Shown here piece after piece: positions 25,720 through 40,334 of a stretch of DNA of 64,000 nucleotides (the first letter of the stretch is position 1; every line of letters begins with the position of its first letter). The translations under genes and the position numbers were made by a program. Where the stretch lies: positions 29,345,967-29,409,966 of the forward strand of contig CM120640.1 of the NCBI GenBank assembly GCA_051362555.1, in the 5' to 3' direction. This DNA is from Lingula anatina (Eukaryota; Animalia; Brachiopoda). Under the pieces are notes generated by a model. It was given only the letters and a program-made list of their open reading frames with translations. It was not told where the DNA came from and searched no databases.

Positions 25720-27200
25720 GTAACAAATAATTACCAACAGTATTTTGAGGTCAAGTGTATGTTATGTTGGTTACTTCGATGTAGTTTTCAAATCTATCCC
25801 TACATTATTAAAAAAAATTCAGCATTAACATCAACTTGTATTTTTCAATAAATAAGCTGCTATTGACTGCATATATGTACCAGTAACCTCCAAAAGGGAA
25901 CTCTGTAGCTTGGTACGAAATTGAGGAAAGACCCTTGTGAGATGTGAGATGGATTAGGCAGGACAAGTTTCTCACCAAACATAACCTTTGTTTTTCTTTG
26001 AAGACGATTTTAGGTGTTGAGAAGAGCGTATCCCTGCTCAGTTACATAATGTATTATATAAGTAACTGTAGAGATTAAGTCAAGCATAGACTCTGACTCT
26101 CTCCAGGTGCCACAGCTATGTGATTACATCCAACACCTCAATTATTTCATCTGCTTCTGTGTTAGTTTTTAGGTGAGGGTAGACATGCAGGTAGTTACAT
26201 GAGAAAATATTTCAGTGCTATCAGTGAGGGTTCAAATGAATGCACTGTAAGTACTCAAAGTGCTTGCCTTTAGGAGAATAAAACTTTGCATTAAGTAAGC
26301 AAAAAAAAAAAATTCAAAGAGATCCATATGTGGCAAGCTTGCAAGAAACTGAGACAAACTTTACTTTTTACAAATGAAATTCATATTTACCATAAGTACT
26401 CTATAGATTTAATTCAGGCCAATAAATGTTTATTAAAGAACTCATTCCCATTGAAAACTTTGGGTCTATTTAGATCAATCCAAATTCATGGGGACTCACG
26501 TTGAATGCAATCAGATTAGCAGATTATTACGTCTCCTCCTAGTGTTGAGCAGAATATAGAAAAGATGTTTAAGAGTATTCTTCTGAAAATTTCATCAATT
26601 TTCCCTATAATCACCAGGGTATAAGATCCATAAAGCTGTTTTGAGTTTGGATGACTTGTCCCAAATTGTCAGTGTCCATGTCGAAGTACAGCCTACAGAG
26701 CATACAGTGTTTTTTTTTTTAATTTAACCCGTAATCAATACTATAGAAACTAAAAAATATTTTATTTTATTATTAAGTTTATCTTTTTTGGTATATTTTT
26801 CATGTATCAATATTGTGGTGAACATTTATTTTACATGTGGGGATTTTTGAGCAATCAGCATGCAATAACATATTATTAGTAATTTGGCTTAAAAAATTCC
26901 ACTTGACTTAAAGATTTGTTCCAGAGTGGAATATTTTACATGTTTCAGTATATATTGTTTCAAAAAATTATTTCTAGTAGAAGTTTGGGGCTGGTTTCAG
27001 CATAGCATGTGAGTAGTCTTTGTTAATGCAGCTAATGAAAAAACCATGGGACTTATGATCCTCCATTCTGGCACACTGATTGATAGCGCTACAGGTCAAA
27101 TTCAAATGTCAGCTTTATCAGACTTCTTTTGCTGAAGTTATTAATTTTTTCCTCCCAGCCTACAAGTATTTATATATTTATTTATTATTATTATTTTTTT

Positions 27201-27202
<2 letters not shown>

Positions 27203-27246
<44 letters not shown>
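27203..27246. repeat. Poly-T tract (~44 nt) preceded by (TTA)n
   Basis: Read directly. Confidence 0.9.
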
Positions 27247-27248
<2 letters not shown>

Positions 27249-27889
27249 AAGTTCAAAATTTCTCTTTTTTTCAGCATTAAATCATTCTCAATACAGTTAA
27301 ATTAAATATAAAATTGAGTATATCATTATTCTCAACTTTACTGAATGAAGTGTTGAAGTAAAAGTCAGTCTGGAACTTATTCATATATAGTACAATATTA
27401 AATTTTTGAATATTTTTTTTTTCATTTTATGCAGCATGCAATGTCCTCATTTTTCAATGTTTTACCTGATACTTCCAGATGACATATGTAAAAGATAGTT
27501 ATCATTGATATTGGGTTTTAATTTTGGCAGTTTTGTTGCATAATTTTTATTAAAAATCTTGTTTCAGCAATGTCTCTCAACTTAAAGTTGAGGAACCTAG
27601 ATGCATTTGAAATTGCTCACAAATGTGTTCTTCACTGCTTCTGTGGAATTATCATTAAATGTTACATTTGCTTTAGCTTTTTTCCAAAATTAAAAACTCT
27701 CTTATTTACTCTTTTTGTCTGCTTTAAGCATTATTATTACTTTCATGTGCACAATCCACCTGGTGGTACATACAGTACATGTACATGTACCAGAGGGTGG
27801 TATCACCTCTGTCAAATGTTTTCCTTTTTTTAAACTTCACATAATTATTAAAGCTGTTGTCTACAAGTTTTTTTTTATCTTCATTATAG

Positions 27890-28632
27890 GTATGATGTGG
27901 TATTTTGTTCCTGAGGTGAAACCAGGAGATTTGACAACTGAAACCATGAGACAGAAGAACAGAGTACCAGCAGCATTGAATGCAAACAACAAAGAAATGA
28001 AAGTCAGAAACAATTGGACCCATAGTCTTGCCCAGTTCCTTAAGTCATTTCAGAACATTGACTGGAGGAATCTTTGTGACATTTTTCTGATAAAGCTAAT
28101 TTTGGGAATTGGTGCTCTGCTTTACAGGAATCAGTACACCCTCTTTTTGAAAACCAGATTCAATGCTTCTCCCAGCACTATTGGGTACATGATATCCTAC
28201 AGTGCAATAGCTAGTGCCTGTGCTGGGTTTATGATGGGACATATAGTAAAATGGTATAACAATGACACAAAACTGTTACACCATGCAACTGCAATGATGT
28301 TTATATCATTAATAATGACTGCTATTGTGCCTAATGTGTTCTGGATGGTAGTTATAGGGACTCCTTTGGCTCTTAGCACATCTATCTGTCGTGTCATTAT
28401 AACTAACCTCATTATAGAGAAAGGACATGAGCATGACTCAGCTGCTTTACTAGGTATAGGTCAGAGTATAATGTCCATTGGGAGGATAGTAGCCCCTGTT
28501 TTAGCTGGGTTTTCTTCTGAATTCTCTGTTGTGGCACCAAATTTAATATCAGCTTCTTGCAGCTTTATAGCCTTTCTAATGCTGGTAATTTTACAACGGT
28601 TAACACCAAAAGAAAGTAGAAAAATTGATTAA
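27890..28632 (+). CDS. MFSD9: MFSD9-like copy A, exon 6 (C-terminal half, TM7-12, stop)
   Basis: TAG acceptor 27887-27889 within ORF 27715-28632, with hydrophobic helices and a GRIVAPVLAG motif. The spliced CDS is 1269 nt, giving 422 aa. AATAAA at 28974. Confidence 0.9.
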
Positions 28633-31269
28633 TTAAAGAATAGCAGAAACATTAAGAACCAAAGGTTATAAATTTAAACATGAAGTCATACAGCCCCTCA
28701 GTTTTAAAATTTTACAAGCACAGCATTAGTCTGTGTTTTAGTTTGTTTGAGGTCAGAGATTTTGGTTTCAAAAATACCTGTAGATTGATACTGGTCTAAG
28801 ATGAACCCTGTTGATTTTCATTAGGGTAAATTTTATTACTATATATGTAAAAATTCTACCAATCCTCTTGGGAATCAAACATGCTTCTCATTTAATTTCT
28901 TTGGAAGTTTAGTTAATATTGGTTAGAACTATTGCATTATACTTGTGAGCAACTTTATTTCATTTTGAACCAAAATAAAATGCATAACAAATGTATGTGC
29001 TATAGTAAATACCACCGTTTTATAGCTATGGAACTTAAAATGTAATACTGTATGAAATTACCTGTATTAATAATTGCATGATTGATTTTTATCTGGCGTT
29101 TTACCACTGCTTTGGCTTACTTTGTTTATGGTGATGGGAATCCTTGCAAAGTATGTATGAGTGAGCGCGGGCAGTACACATGGTTTTAGTCCCAGCCTGC
29201 TGGTGACAGGCTACACTGCCACATCACCGTAACCACTCTCATAGACTACAAGGGCCTGTACGTGTGTCCCCATGTTTTGGAATTAGGCATACAATATCAA
29301 CTTGATCAACCTAGATTTTGAATTCTGTGGAAGCATTTGCCTTGGTGTGACGCTCTTTGCAATGCAACTTTGTGAGAATTATTGAAAATTAAATGCGAAA
29401 TATCTCCCAAACCCGGGGAATTATGGGAAGTTTCTATAGAGGTCTGAATGAAAGTCATACCAGGATGTGGAGATTTCAAATATGCCCTTGTATTAAATTT
29501 TAACCTTTATTTCAAGGTCAAATGGGCCACAATTTTATAAATTAAAGTTTTAATTTTCTTCAAAAAATAATTTGTTTGTACTGCTTTTCAAAAACTACCT
29601 TGACTATTGCTTTTATATTATGGTGCAAAGTTACACTCATGGTGTCCATTCACCTTCTTGAGTTTGGGTCAATCTGTGCATTTTCATGGGAGAAGCAGCC
29701 ATTAGATGCTGAAACTAAAAACTATTTTTCTGGAACAGCAAAAGCTAGAGACCTCTTGCCTGCTGCATATATTGTGAATATAACAAAAAGTGAAAAAAAA
29801 CTACATTAATGAACCCTGTGAAGAGGGTATTTTTGTTTATTGCTTGCTGCTATGTACTCTTCACATTTACTTGCTTTATGCAATGAATGGGTGATAAAAA
29901 AGCACTTAATAACTACCTTTGGTGCTGATAAGTATTTCAATTTATTGATTTCTATTACACAATAAAGGCCTTCTGGACTCTTGCTTTATTTGAATCACAA
30001 AAAAGAGCAATTGAGTAGTCCACTTTTTAGTTTTGTTGCTAACACTTAGTAGGAATGTTCTAATTTTGAGAAATTCTGACTTAAAAAACACAGTATCTGT
30101 AAAATTCACAATTTTCTGTCATTGAAAAGATTGAGTAATTACCATTAGTTTTTAGATGAAATAAAATGTTACTCTTAACAGAAAGCTTAAAAGTGAAAGA
30201 TGTTTTAGATAAATGGTTTTGATATTGTTGTAATAAAACATAATTGCATCCCAATAATAGCAGTGTATCCAATTAAGTGGAAATAGAATTGAAAAAAGAT
30301 ATTAAAAATATTCTTTTGGAAATAACAGTGTTGTCATTGGCAAATAAATTAATAAATACAAATAAAAGCACACTTAAAGTGGGCCTTATTTTCACCTGTA
30401 CACTAGCTGTCATGTACTTGTATTTTATAACCAAAATTAAACAAAATATTTAAACTCAACGTCAAGATATCTGAAGCATAGAAAGGCACATATTAAAAAA
30501 TTGTTTTTCATTTATTTCCTGCATGTTAAAAAACAATACAGGTTAGACCTTTATACAGAAAAAAACATATTTCCTGGGAATTTTAACACTTTCCTCTCAA
30601 TTGGCAGCAGATGAATTCTCGGTCCTTTCAGAGAATTATGATCCATAAATTTGTTTTGAAGTGGTAGTAAACGAGTTATTCTCCTAATGGACTTTAGGTT
30701 TGTAGTAATACAGCAATTTCAGGGAGGGGGGAGGTCTTTTTCTAAAAAAAAGTCAACATCTTGGTCATACATGGCATAGAACCTAGATCAACCTGAGTAA
30801 AAAGGAGTGCAGGAAGTAAAGGAGAGGGGTATGCAAAGGGCTTGTCAAAATAAATGCTTCTGCGACACGTGCGGTCTTTGAACGACCAAGCCTGGATTTT
30901 ACCTGTAAAACGGCCTGTGCGTCCACTGAGCAAACCCCCGTGCATCCCTGGGGCAACCTACGGCAGCCATTACGATGATTGTACCATCATCTGCGACCAA
31001 TGGAGTGGTGGCAGTACTGCGATCTTTCTGCCTCATGCGAGAGCGTTGAGTGTTGAAGTGCTTGACTCTTATATTTTTTCATCAGTTCTAACCCTGTGTG
31101 TGTTTTATAGGGAAGGTGGAGGAGAGGGAGGGGAGTCCAGGGGTCTCCCTTTGTTATTTGGAGTATAAATTTTAATTCTATTGAATTTTTCCAAACAAAT
31201 GTGTTGGAAAAAAACGTCGTTTAAAATAAAAACGATTCTGGCAACCAGTGTCCTTTTTCAAAAAAAATC

Positions 31270-32098
31270 CTGGTGTAACATGAAAATCTGACTCCCCCCA
31301 TGAAATTTTGACTCCCCCTCACAAAACATTATAAATCTTATTTTATTTGAATATATAACTTTTATCTTGTAGTTTGCATAATGGAGGATACATTGGCACT
31401 TTTTGAAAATTTTCATGAGAAAATAAGAAAATTAAAAATGTTTATTTTTCCTCCCAATGGCTCCTATGAAAAGGCTATGGGAGTCCAAATCCTACAGGTA
31501 GTAAAATGAATACTTGTTTCAAATATTATCAAGTTTCACCAAACTTTTCACCACCAAACTTTCAAATACTAAAAAAATATATATCACAATGCAAACCATG
31601 TGGAAAACAATAGAATGGTGACTAAATATAAAATAGGGCATTTTCTTCATTGGAGTCAAAATCCCTTGGGTATGAATATGAAGATTTTTTATGATTTTTT
31701 TTTTTCATTTTTTGCACCCAATATTTTACCATCAAACTTTCAAATATTTCCAATATATTCTTTATAAAGTATACTTAAGGGAAATTTGTTGAAATGGTCA
31801 CCAAATATCAAATAAATAGCTTTTTCATGGAGGAGTCATTGGGTGGTAAAATAAACATTAATTTTAATTTTTTTTTTTTTTTTGCTCTTTAAAATTTGTA
31901 CTTGCAAACTAACAAAAGTGCCAATGTATCCTCCATTATGCATACTACAATATAAAAGTCATATACTCATATAAAATAAGATTTATAAAGTTTTGTGGAG
32001 GAGTCATAATTTCATGGGGGGGGGGAGTCACATTTTAATTATGAAAATTTGACTGGGGAGTCACCTTTTGGGGGACTCAGATTTTAATGGTACACCGG
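31270..32098. mobile_element. Non-autonomous DNA transposon with long inverted arms (CCGGTGT termini)
   Basis: CTGGTGTAACATGAAAATCTGACTCCCC ... GGGGACTCAGATTTTAATGGTACACCGG. Inner arms 31325-31410 and 31915-31995 are reverse complements, and GACTCC/GGAGTC subrepeats recur. Confidence 0.75.
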
Positions 32099-32214
32099 CA
32101 ACAAGAAACTAGTGTCGTTCTTCAAAAAAATCTAACGCTGAGAAACCAGAATCGTTTTTGTGGTGGGAAACGAGATTGGACGGAGGACGAGGCGATTAGC
32201 GTCTTTGTTCAGAA

Positions 32215-32820
32215 ACTCAGATTTAAATTTGTTCTATTGATATTTTCCCACCTCAACAATTTTGTTAGTTCTCATATGAAAATGAAAGTAAATGGGTTAT
32301 TTTGTATTGTGTAAAAAAAAAGGTGTTGAAAATGGAAATAAACGCATTTCAGTAGTTATCTCTTGTTTACATTTTGGCATTTTCAGGGTGTGACTTTGAA
32401 GTTCCATGGACCTGAAGATCTTTCCTTGTCACATTTTCTAAATATCCATATTAGTTGCAGTGCATAATTAAGATTGGTGGTGATTATGCTGTAAAGCACT
32501 ATGTAATATTGCATCAAAATGGAAGAAACCCCATTTTGGGCATAGCTGCCATAGTGACTATTTTAGGAGAACCATGTCACTTACTATTCTCAAACTTACA
32601 GAAAAGAAACATTGGCCTAAAATACAGCTTCAGTCGGAAAATCAGTCTGACTGGTTTACTTTTTTGGAAGGTATACATTTTTTGTGAAATTTTAATTTTT
32701 CAAATATTAGCATTTTCATGATACGACATTGAACTTCCATGGGCTTGAAGACCTTCGCTAGTCTTATTTCTGAATATCCATGATACTTTTATTTTATTAT
32801 TAAAAATTGATGATCAGTAA
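32215..32820 (+). mobile_element. HINE family 1 internal fragment
   Basis: Colinear with about 10690-11270 (ATTGATATTTTCCC ... GTGACTTTGAAGTTCCATG ... ATTAAAAATTGATGATC). Confidence 0.75.
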
Positions 32821-33690
32821 GGTGCATGCATGTAGCACTTGGCCGATTTTGATGGTTTACCTATTCACTTTTTATTTTTCAATTCTATCCTAATAATGGT
32901 TTATTTATTTTATCATTGCATTTTTACACTATGGTAGACAGGTGTAGTATTTTAAGATCGTTTTACATGGTTTATGGATTCATTTAATTAACAGATCAAA
33001 AATGACAGCTGACCGTGAGCAGAGATCATGCCCGTACAATTTGTACATAAAATGTATCATTGGTGTTATTCTCATAAATGAATATTACTTTAGTTTTATG
33101 TATGCCATTTCGAATTGCATTATTATTGCCATTTCTGTGGTGCTGAAGATTTAGCACACACAAGCGCACGAACACACGCACAATCGCACACTAAAACAAC
33201 CTGCTACCGGTTGCAGCAGAGAAGACCATTTCTGTTCCCCTCCAGAGGGCGCTATAGAACGGTTTGGTTTGTCAAACCTGACAAAAACTGCTCACATTGC
33301 AGGATGCAGTACACGTAGACCATGTAAGGATAGCCAGTGACCTACATAATGTCATTTTACTTTAACTTAATCTGGTGTATTTTGAAATAGACGGAAAAAA
33401 CTCTTCCTGTACATTACTATTTTAGTCATTGTTAATCAAATTTTGTCTGTTAACTTATGGTAATTGATAAATAGAAAGGGCGGTAACCTAGCTCTTTTCC
33501 TGCCTCCTACCCCGATGGATCATTTGAAACTTGAACCTTTGGAAGATTGGAAGAGATGTCACTTCTTCTTCTTCACTTCTGAGTGACCAGGGTATGGATG
33601 CGAGGTGGTCAGGATATTAAGTATATGGATTTCAGTTTTAACCGATTCAACGTTCTAAAACAATGGTTTTAGGTATTTGTCGAAAACTAA

Positions 33691-34175
33691 GACCCCGTTC
33701 ACATGAAAAATCTATTTTCTAAAAATCTATTTTCTATTCGGGTATCTTGTGATCACTCCGAGTGCAGCCGAGAATTAGGCTTCGTTCACATGCAATGTCT
33801 ATTTTCTAATTTCTATTTTCTATTTGCGCTATCTTATGATCACGGTCTGTGCCCTGAATATCCCGCCGCGTAATTACTGGCAGCGCGAGCCAGTTACTTA
33901 TAGTAACTTATAGTAACTGGCTCGCGCTGCCAGTAATTACGCCGCGGGATATTCAGGCCACAGACCGTGATCATAAGACATACCGCAAATAGAAAATAGA
34001 ATTTAGAAAATAGACATTGCATGTGAACGAAGCCTTAATTACAGCTTTGGAAGCAACTGGCTCGCGCTGCCAGTAATTACGCCGCGGGGTATCTAGGGCA
34101 CACACCGTGATCACAATATAATAAGCGAATAGAAAATAGATTTTTAGAAAATAGATTTTTCATGTGAACGAAGCC
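33691..34175. mobile_element. Palindromic PIF/Harbinger MITE with a related MITE (33778-34034) nested inside
   Basis: Outer: GACCCCGTTCACATG ... CATGTGAACGAAGCC with TAA on both sides. Inner: GGCTTCGTTCACATG ... CATGTGAACGAAGCC with TTA on both sides, forming a near-perfect 257-bp palindrome. Confidence 0.85.
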
Positions 34176-37058
34176 TAATCTTTGATGCATTTAAGAAAAT
34201 GGGTTTGACGCTTGCATGTTCAAAACTGGGATTTGCCATCCACCAATATTTTCCCCACGTGATATTTTGTGTCCTCCACATGCCTTCTTTATTTTTCATC
34301 ACGTACCTAATGACAGTGGAAATTGCAGTTGTGCCTCATGTTAACTACACAGAATTTAAACTACATCGGTAGAATTAGTTGTGACATTAATGTCAAGATG
34401 GGGAAAATTTTGTGGAATGGCTCTTAAAATTAATGTGGTTGTTGAAATTTAGTAAGCGGTGTTAATAAAACTGTGTGTCATAATTTTAGTACAGCAAATT
34501 AGTCACAATTGAAAATTAAAGAACAGGATAAAGGTTTAAGGATATACTTCCCTTTCTAATTTTGGCATGATCTTTCAAATAAAACCGTAAAATGTAATAT
34601 TTCGATCCATTGAAGTGTGTTACATAGTTAATAGTTACACTGCTTTCTGCGTGACTGATTACGAAAGCTACCGTTTTCAAGGCATAGGGGGCGAATTGCT
34701 ATCACCAGTTTGCAAGTAATGCTTGGACGTAATTTTGATATTTCTCATTTATGGTTAATGTCTATATCATTTGGTCTAATCAAAATGCTCTTTCCAAAGC
34801 AATTTACCATAATTTTTTTTTACCTCCAAATTTTAAAGCCTTTTGTAAAAAAGAAATCAAAACGCAGCTTATTTTACACTGTGAAGGCATAAGTAACAAA
34901 ACTTGTTTTATTTCACCAAAGAATGAAACCGTCCCTTATGCCTTTAAACATGTTTTACTATAATTATAAGTCTGAGCTTGCCTCCGTGACGTCTGTAAAA
35001 ACTATTTGCGATATTCTTCAGCAAGGCAGCAAGGTGTGACTTTACGTATATTTCATGCGGGAAACTTGTTTTTGTACTCAAGGACCACTCACAAATGAAG
35101 CTCAGTTTGGCCTTTTCATCAAAAGACAAAAAGGCACCTCGAAAGCTCTGTTCACGTAAATTTTGCACATTTGGTGACTTATGTTATTTATACGCGTCCT
35201 TTAAAATGCTTTAAAGAGAAATAAAGCATGCTGAAGCAGTCTCAAGTTATTGATCTTACAAATAATACATAATCAATTTAATCCATTTTTATGTACAGAC
35301 ACCTGTGTCTGTCGTCGTCGCCGTCGTCGTCTGTTAAGCCTTTCTTCTGGTCCTCAAATCAAGTTCGGTCCCTTGGTTCTAAACTGTTAAAAGAAGCTCT
35401 GTACTGGTCCTACACCTGTAAATGTCCATCATGACGAGTTCAAACGTGTTCCCCAAACGTGTCCTTGGCTGACTCTATTATGGTCTCCAATATTTGAGGT
35501 TTAAAACTTTGAGAGGCTACCAAAAAACGTACGTAGAATGAATGTTAGAAAGAAATGTATTTCAATTATTTAAAATTGTATTATATTTTCTATAATATAT
35601 TCTCATATTTTTTAAAGAACACAAAAGTTTTGCTGCATGACTACCTTTAGGATGCTTAATACTACTACAATATTTATGGCGTTCTCTGCTTCTTGTTTTC
35701 AAGACAGTTACATTCGTGGGTGTAGTGTGCATGTGGGGGGGGGGTACTCACTGTCATGATCGTGCGTTCTTTATTCCGTTTCAAGTTAGTATAAGCTCTT
35801 ATTTTCATATGGACGCGTTTATTCCCGTGAATTTCCTAAATGTCCACTGGACTGTCAAGAACTAAAGTGATTCAGAGCTTAAATCAGAACTTAGTCCCTG
35901 ATATAGGCACAGTATAATGGATTTTACTGCATACGTTTTATAAATCTATTAATACTTTAATTTATGTAAAGAGCTCCCTATGAAGGATAGTCTAGCTACT
36001 TTATTCTTTTACGCGTTTTGTTTTCAGATTTTTTTTTTTTTTTTTTCAATTTTCAGGATTTAGGGTTTAGGTATGGTCATTATAAAACTGCCAAAATGTA
36101 GGCGTTTTGTGTAAGTAGTAGAAATGGATTATATTATTTTCAAATCAGCGGATCTAAAATAAACAAAGTTTATTCGTAAATATATTCGTAATTAAAGCCT
36201 ATTTGCCTGTTTGACTGCATTTAAACTAAGACGCAACTGACCATAATGTGTGTTTGATTGACGGGGCTGGTTTAGAGATGTGCTGCATACCTTGTTGGTA
36301 TTTATACCTAGGCCTTCACAAGCTATATATCCCATATCATTCGGATAATATTCAAGTGATGTTTTGCTACGGGATGACAACTTGGCATCCCAATTGTATT
36401 GCTTTAGGAGCGTACAGGGAATATCATGAAAACCCAGTGATCTGACCAAAGACATTGTGGCGATTTGATCGACTAATGGTAGAGGACAAATCCAGTATAA
36501 CTACGTAGTATAAGTATGCATACCAATGCAATTTACTGTTATACAACGCCGTACTCCCTTGGGTAAAATTTAAGGCTAACATCCCCGTTTCAATTTACCA
36601 CTTAAAGGGAAAGATTCAGAACAGCGCCCTGGCCTGAATTTTGACCTAACAAACTGACCCCTGGAAACCACAACATTTTCTTTCATGCCCGAAATCTGTA
36701 AATTTAAATACTCGGTCTCCCCATTAAAAGTGCCACCGACCCTCTTGTTATAGAGCACAATTCAAATTAATTTAAAAGAGACAAACCTAGCTGTTATTAC
36801 AGAATCGGGATTCTTTAACATAGATTTGTCTCGACTCCAGGGACGTCTCAATTTCTTTTTCGCCCTATATATATATATATCTTATTCAGTTGAATGGTCT
36901 TTATCGCAGCATCTATATTTAAGTTCATTAAAACCCACAAATCAAACGAATTGTGTGTACGCGCCGTAATGTACATGATCTTTGGATGGTTATTTTAAGT
37001 AATCCGATGTTGATAATTTCGAATCCTATACATTATAGTAGATGTGCGTACATGGAAA

Positions 37059-38089
37059 GCCCATAGGAGCCTACGCGTGCGTCTTTTAGACGCCCCTTTA
37101 CATGCGAAAACGACAAGGCCTATGCCGAGTTCGTCTTTTACTACAGAGCTTTGAGAGTCGAAAATGACATGGCTGTGTCTCTTTCGCCACTTACTGTTAC
37201 TGAACTCCACAGATACGAGATTGACACGACCCATGTCGCGTTCGTCTCTCAAATGACACTGTTATAAAACATGAAATAGGCATAACGTGTGATTTTCGCA
37301 GCTGAATAAGTAGACCCTTATAAACGAAGTTGACGTAACTTGAGAGTCATGTCGCTTTCAACTCTTACAAACCTCCAACAAAATCTATCTCCACACGGAC
37401 GCGCGCGACATGTACTATTGGACATGGGTCAGTTGAAACCCTATTAACCTAAAGGGCTCATGTTACTTTCAGCCAACTCTTATATGTCAAATCCAATTAA
37501 TTTGAAACAGTGTTGTGCTGTCCCAAAACATTTTTTTCATTTGAATCCCATCATAATTTAGTGCTATCTAGATAACAGTGTGGCTAATTGCTTGTAATAA
37601 TTATATGGCTTCATATTTTTATTTTCAAGGATTCAAATATAAAGGGTTTAAAGACAGTCCTTCTGTTTCAAATTAATTGGCTGAAAGTAACATGAGCCAT
37701 TTAGGTTAATGTCGCTTTCAACTGACCCATGTCCAATAGTACATGTCGCGCGCGTCTGTGTGGAGATAGATTTTGTAAGAGGTTTGTAAAAGTTGAAAGC
37801 AACATGACTCTAAGGTCACGTCAACTTCGTTTATAAGGGTCTACTTATTCAGCTGCGAAAATCACACGTAATGCCTTTTTCATGTTTTATAACAGTGTCT
37901 TTTGAGAGACAAACGCGACATGGGTCGTGTTAATCTTGCATCTCTGGAGTTCAGTAAGTGGCGAAAGAGACACAGCCATGCCATTTTCGGCTCTCAAAGC
38001 TCTGTAGTAAAAGACGAACTCGGCATAGGCCTTGTCGTTTTCGCATGTAAAGGGGCGTCTAAAAGACGCACGCGTAGGCTCCTATGGGC
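37059..38089. mobile_element. Fold-back element: ~1.03 kb with ~420-450-bp inverted arms
   Basis: GCCCATAGGAGCCTACGCGTGCGTCTTTTAGACG ... CGTCTAAAAGACGCACGCGTAGGCTCCTATGGGC. Mirror ORFs 36995-37252(-) and 37902-38318(+) share a near-identical translation. The spacer is AT-rich and about 150 bp. Confidence 0.85.
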
Positions 38090-38583
38090 CATGGTACAAA
38101 ACAGACTAAAGGCATTTTCGCGTCGATCATTATACCGTTTTATTTGCCAGATTAACGAAGCACCGCGCAATTATGTAAGAGAACCACGAAAACAGAGCAC
38201 CCGCACCAGACACGGGCATTTAATTTTGATTGGTCCTTACGGGCTCGCATTCGACCGGAGGCAGAGTTGTGAATCAATCTACAGTATATTATTTTCCGTT
38301 TATATAAAAGTTACCTAAGTCCCGCATAACGCTATCTCAAAAATTGGTCACTTTATGACCCTTTAAAACACCGCTACAGATGTAGACACTGCAACCCAAT
38401 TAATAAAGTTCGATGTGAGAAAACTTTCAACAAAAAGTGATTTGGTGAGCCACATATATTTAGATTAATATCGGAATAAATATATGACACGTTCCATCAC
38501 TTTCACTGGTTTATGTCATTGTACCCTCTAACAGGGAAAGCAGTCAGCAGTTATTAAAAGTAATATGAAACATTGATAAAAAC

Positions 38584-38751
38584 CAGGGACGGATCCAGAG
38601 TTATTTTCTGACAGTCTTCCGAATTATCTTTGTTGATCCATCCTCCATTTTTGACCGTCTTCCAACAGAAAAAATTAGATACCCGTCAATGTAAACTTGA
38701 AAATCTGACCGTCTTCCGGAAGACCCAGAAGACGCCCTAAATCCGCCCCTG
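38584..38751. mobile_element. Small MITE with CAGGG(G/A)CGGAT termini (hAT-like, tentative)
   Basis: CAGGGACGGATCCAG ... CTAAATCCGCCCCTG. The same sequence is embedded in HINE copies at 41549-41685 and 55851-56019. Confidence 0.7.
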
Positions 38752-38906
38752 AAAACGTTATGCAAAACGTTAGCGGTTGGGATAAGTTAATTTACGCTCT
38801 CATCTTTCATATGAAAAGAAAATGAATATTTATTACAAGAGTGCAGGGTGGGAGGGGGAGCATAAGGGCATAGCAACTATTATGTTATGAAATAACGATT
38901 TGAAAA

Positions 38907-40287
38907 GTGCACTTTTACCGATAACACGATAAGTGGAAAACCATCTTTTCTTTTGGCTTGAAACTTACAGAGCTGATGAATATTCATAATATGCAGGTCT
39001 ATTTCGAAAATCAGCATGATCGGCCAATTTTTATGGAAGTTATGCTGTTTTTTCACTTTCTTCAGCATTTATGCAAGACCGATACCACGATAAATGAAAA
39101 CCCGTTTTACCTTTTGGCTTAAAACTTACAGAACTGACGAATATTCATATTACGCAGGTCAAGTTCGAAATTCAGCTTGACCGGGCCATTTTCACAAAAG
39201 TTATACTTTTTTTTTTGCTTTTTTCTGCATATATGCAACACTGATAACGCATTTTAAGGAAAACTCTTTTGTCTTGCAACTCACAGGAGTGATCAGTCTG
39301 ACTAGTATATACAGATCAAGTTAGAAAATAAACTTGATCAGTTACGTTTTGATGAAGTTATGACTTTTTTAGTATTATAAGTGTTTTTTCTTCAGATTTA
39401 ATTCTTAGGCATGTTAACAGTCTCATTATAGAACTAATTAGATGTGTAAAAATGTTGTTTTGACATTTTCTGCTTCTTAACAATATTGTTAGTTGAATAT
39501 ATAAAAATGACGGTGAACCTGTCATCGTGTATTGTGTTATAAAGTATCAAAAATGGAATTGAACTCAAATCATTGCAGTTTGTCAGATTCAATCATTCAC
39601 TAAGTTAAGTATCTCAGAATGGAGAAAGTTGGACATTTAAAATTGTTCTATTGATATTTTTCCTTTAACAACATTTTTTAATTGATCATATAAAAATGAC
39701 AGTAAATTGATTATTTTGTTTTTGTAAAAAAAAGGTGTTGAAAATGGAAATAAACTCTTTTCAATACAGTTATCTCTTGTTTACATTTTGGGATTTTCAA
39801 GGTGTGACTCTGAACTCTATGAGCTAGTCTCATTTTCTGAATATCCATGATACTTTTATTTTCTTGCTAAAAAAATTATGGTTATTATGCTGTTAAGCAT
39901 TGTGTAATCTGTCTCATTAGATAATTTTCTGGACGTTATACAGTTTTTTGTGAAAATTTTTATCTTTCACATATTGGTATTTTCAATGTGGGACTAAGAG
40001 CTCCCTTTGGCATGAAGCCCAGTGATAATCAAATTTTCTTAATTTCCATGTTTTTAATAGTAGTTAATTAAAAATTGGTGATATTTATACAGTTAATCAT
40101 TATGTAATGTTGCATCGAAATTGACAAAAAACCTACTTTGTGCACTGCCACCATTAACGTTATGGAAAGAAAACTGTGTTACTTACTAATTTTTTAATTT
40201 TCAAGAATGATTCAAGAATGATTGACGTACAGCTCAATTAGAAAACCAGCTCTATTGGATTATCATTTTTATTGAATTTATGCTTTT

Positions 40288-40334
<47 letters not shown>

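Noticed and set aside
27715-27889. N-terminal part of the 305-aa ORF
   Set aside because: Intronic read-through. The exon begins after the acceptor at 27889, in phase with exon 5.
36192-36500. Coding-like GC-balanced stretch
   Set aside because: No recognisable motif in any frame, short ORFs only and no convincing splice pair.
36995-38318. Apparent duplicated gene pair on opposite strands
   Set aside because: They are the two arms of one inverted repeat, have no ATG start and show no recognisable domain.
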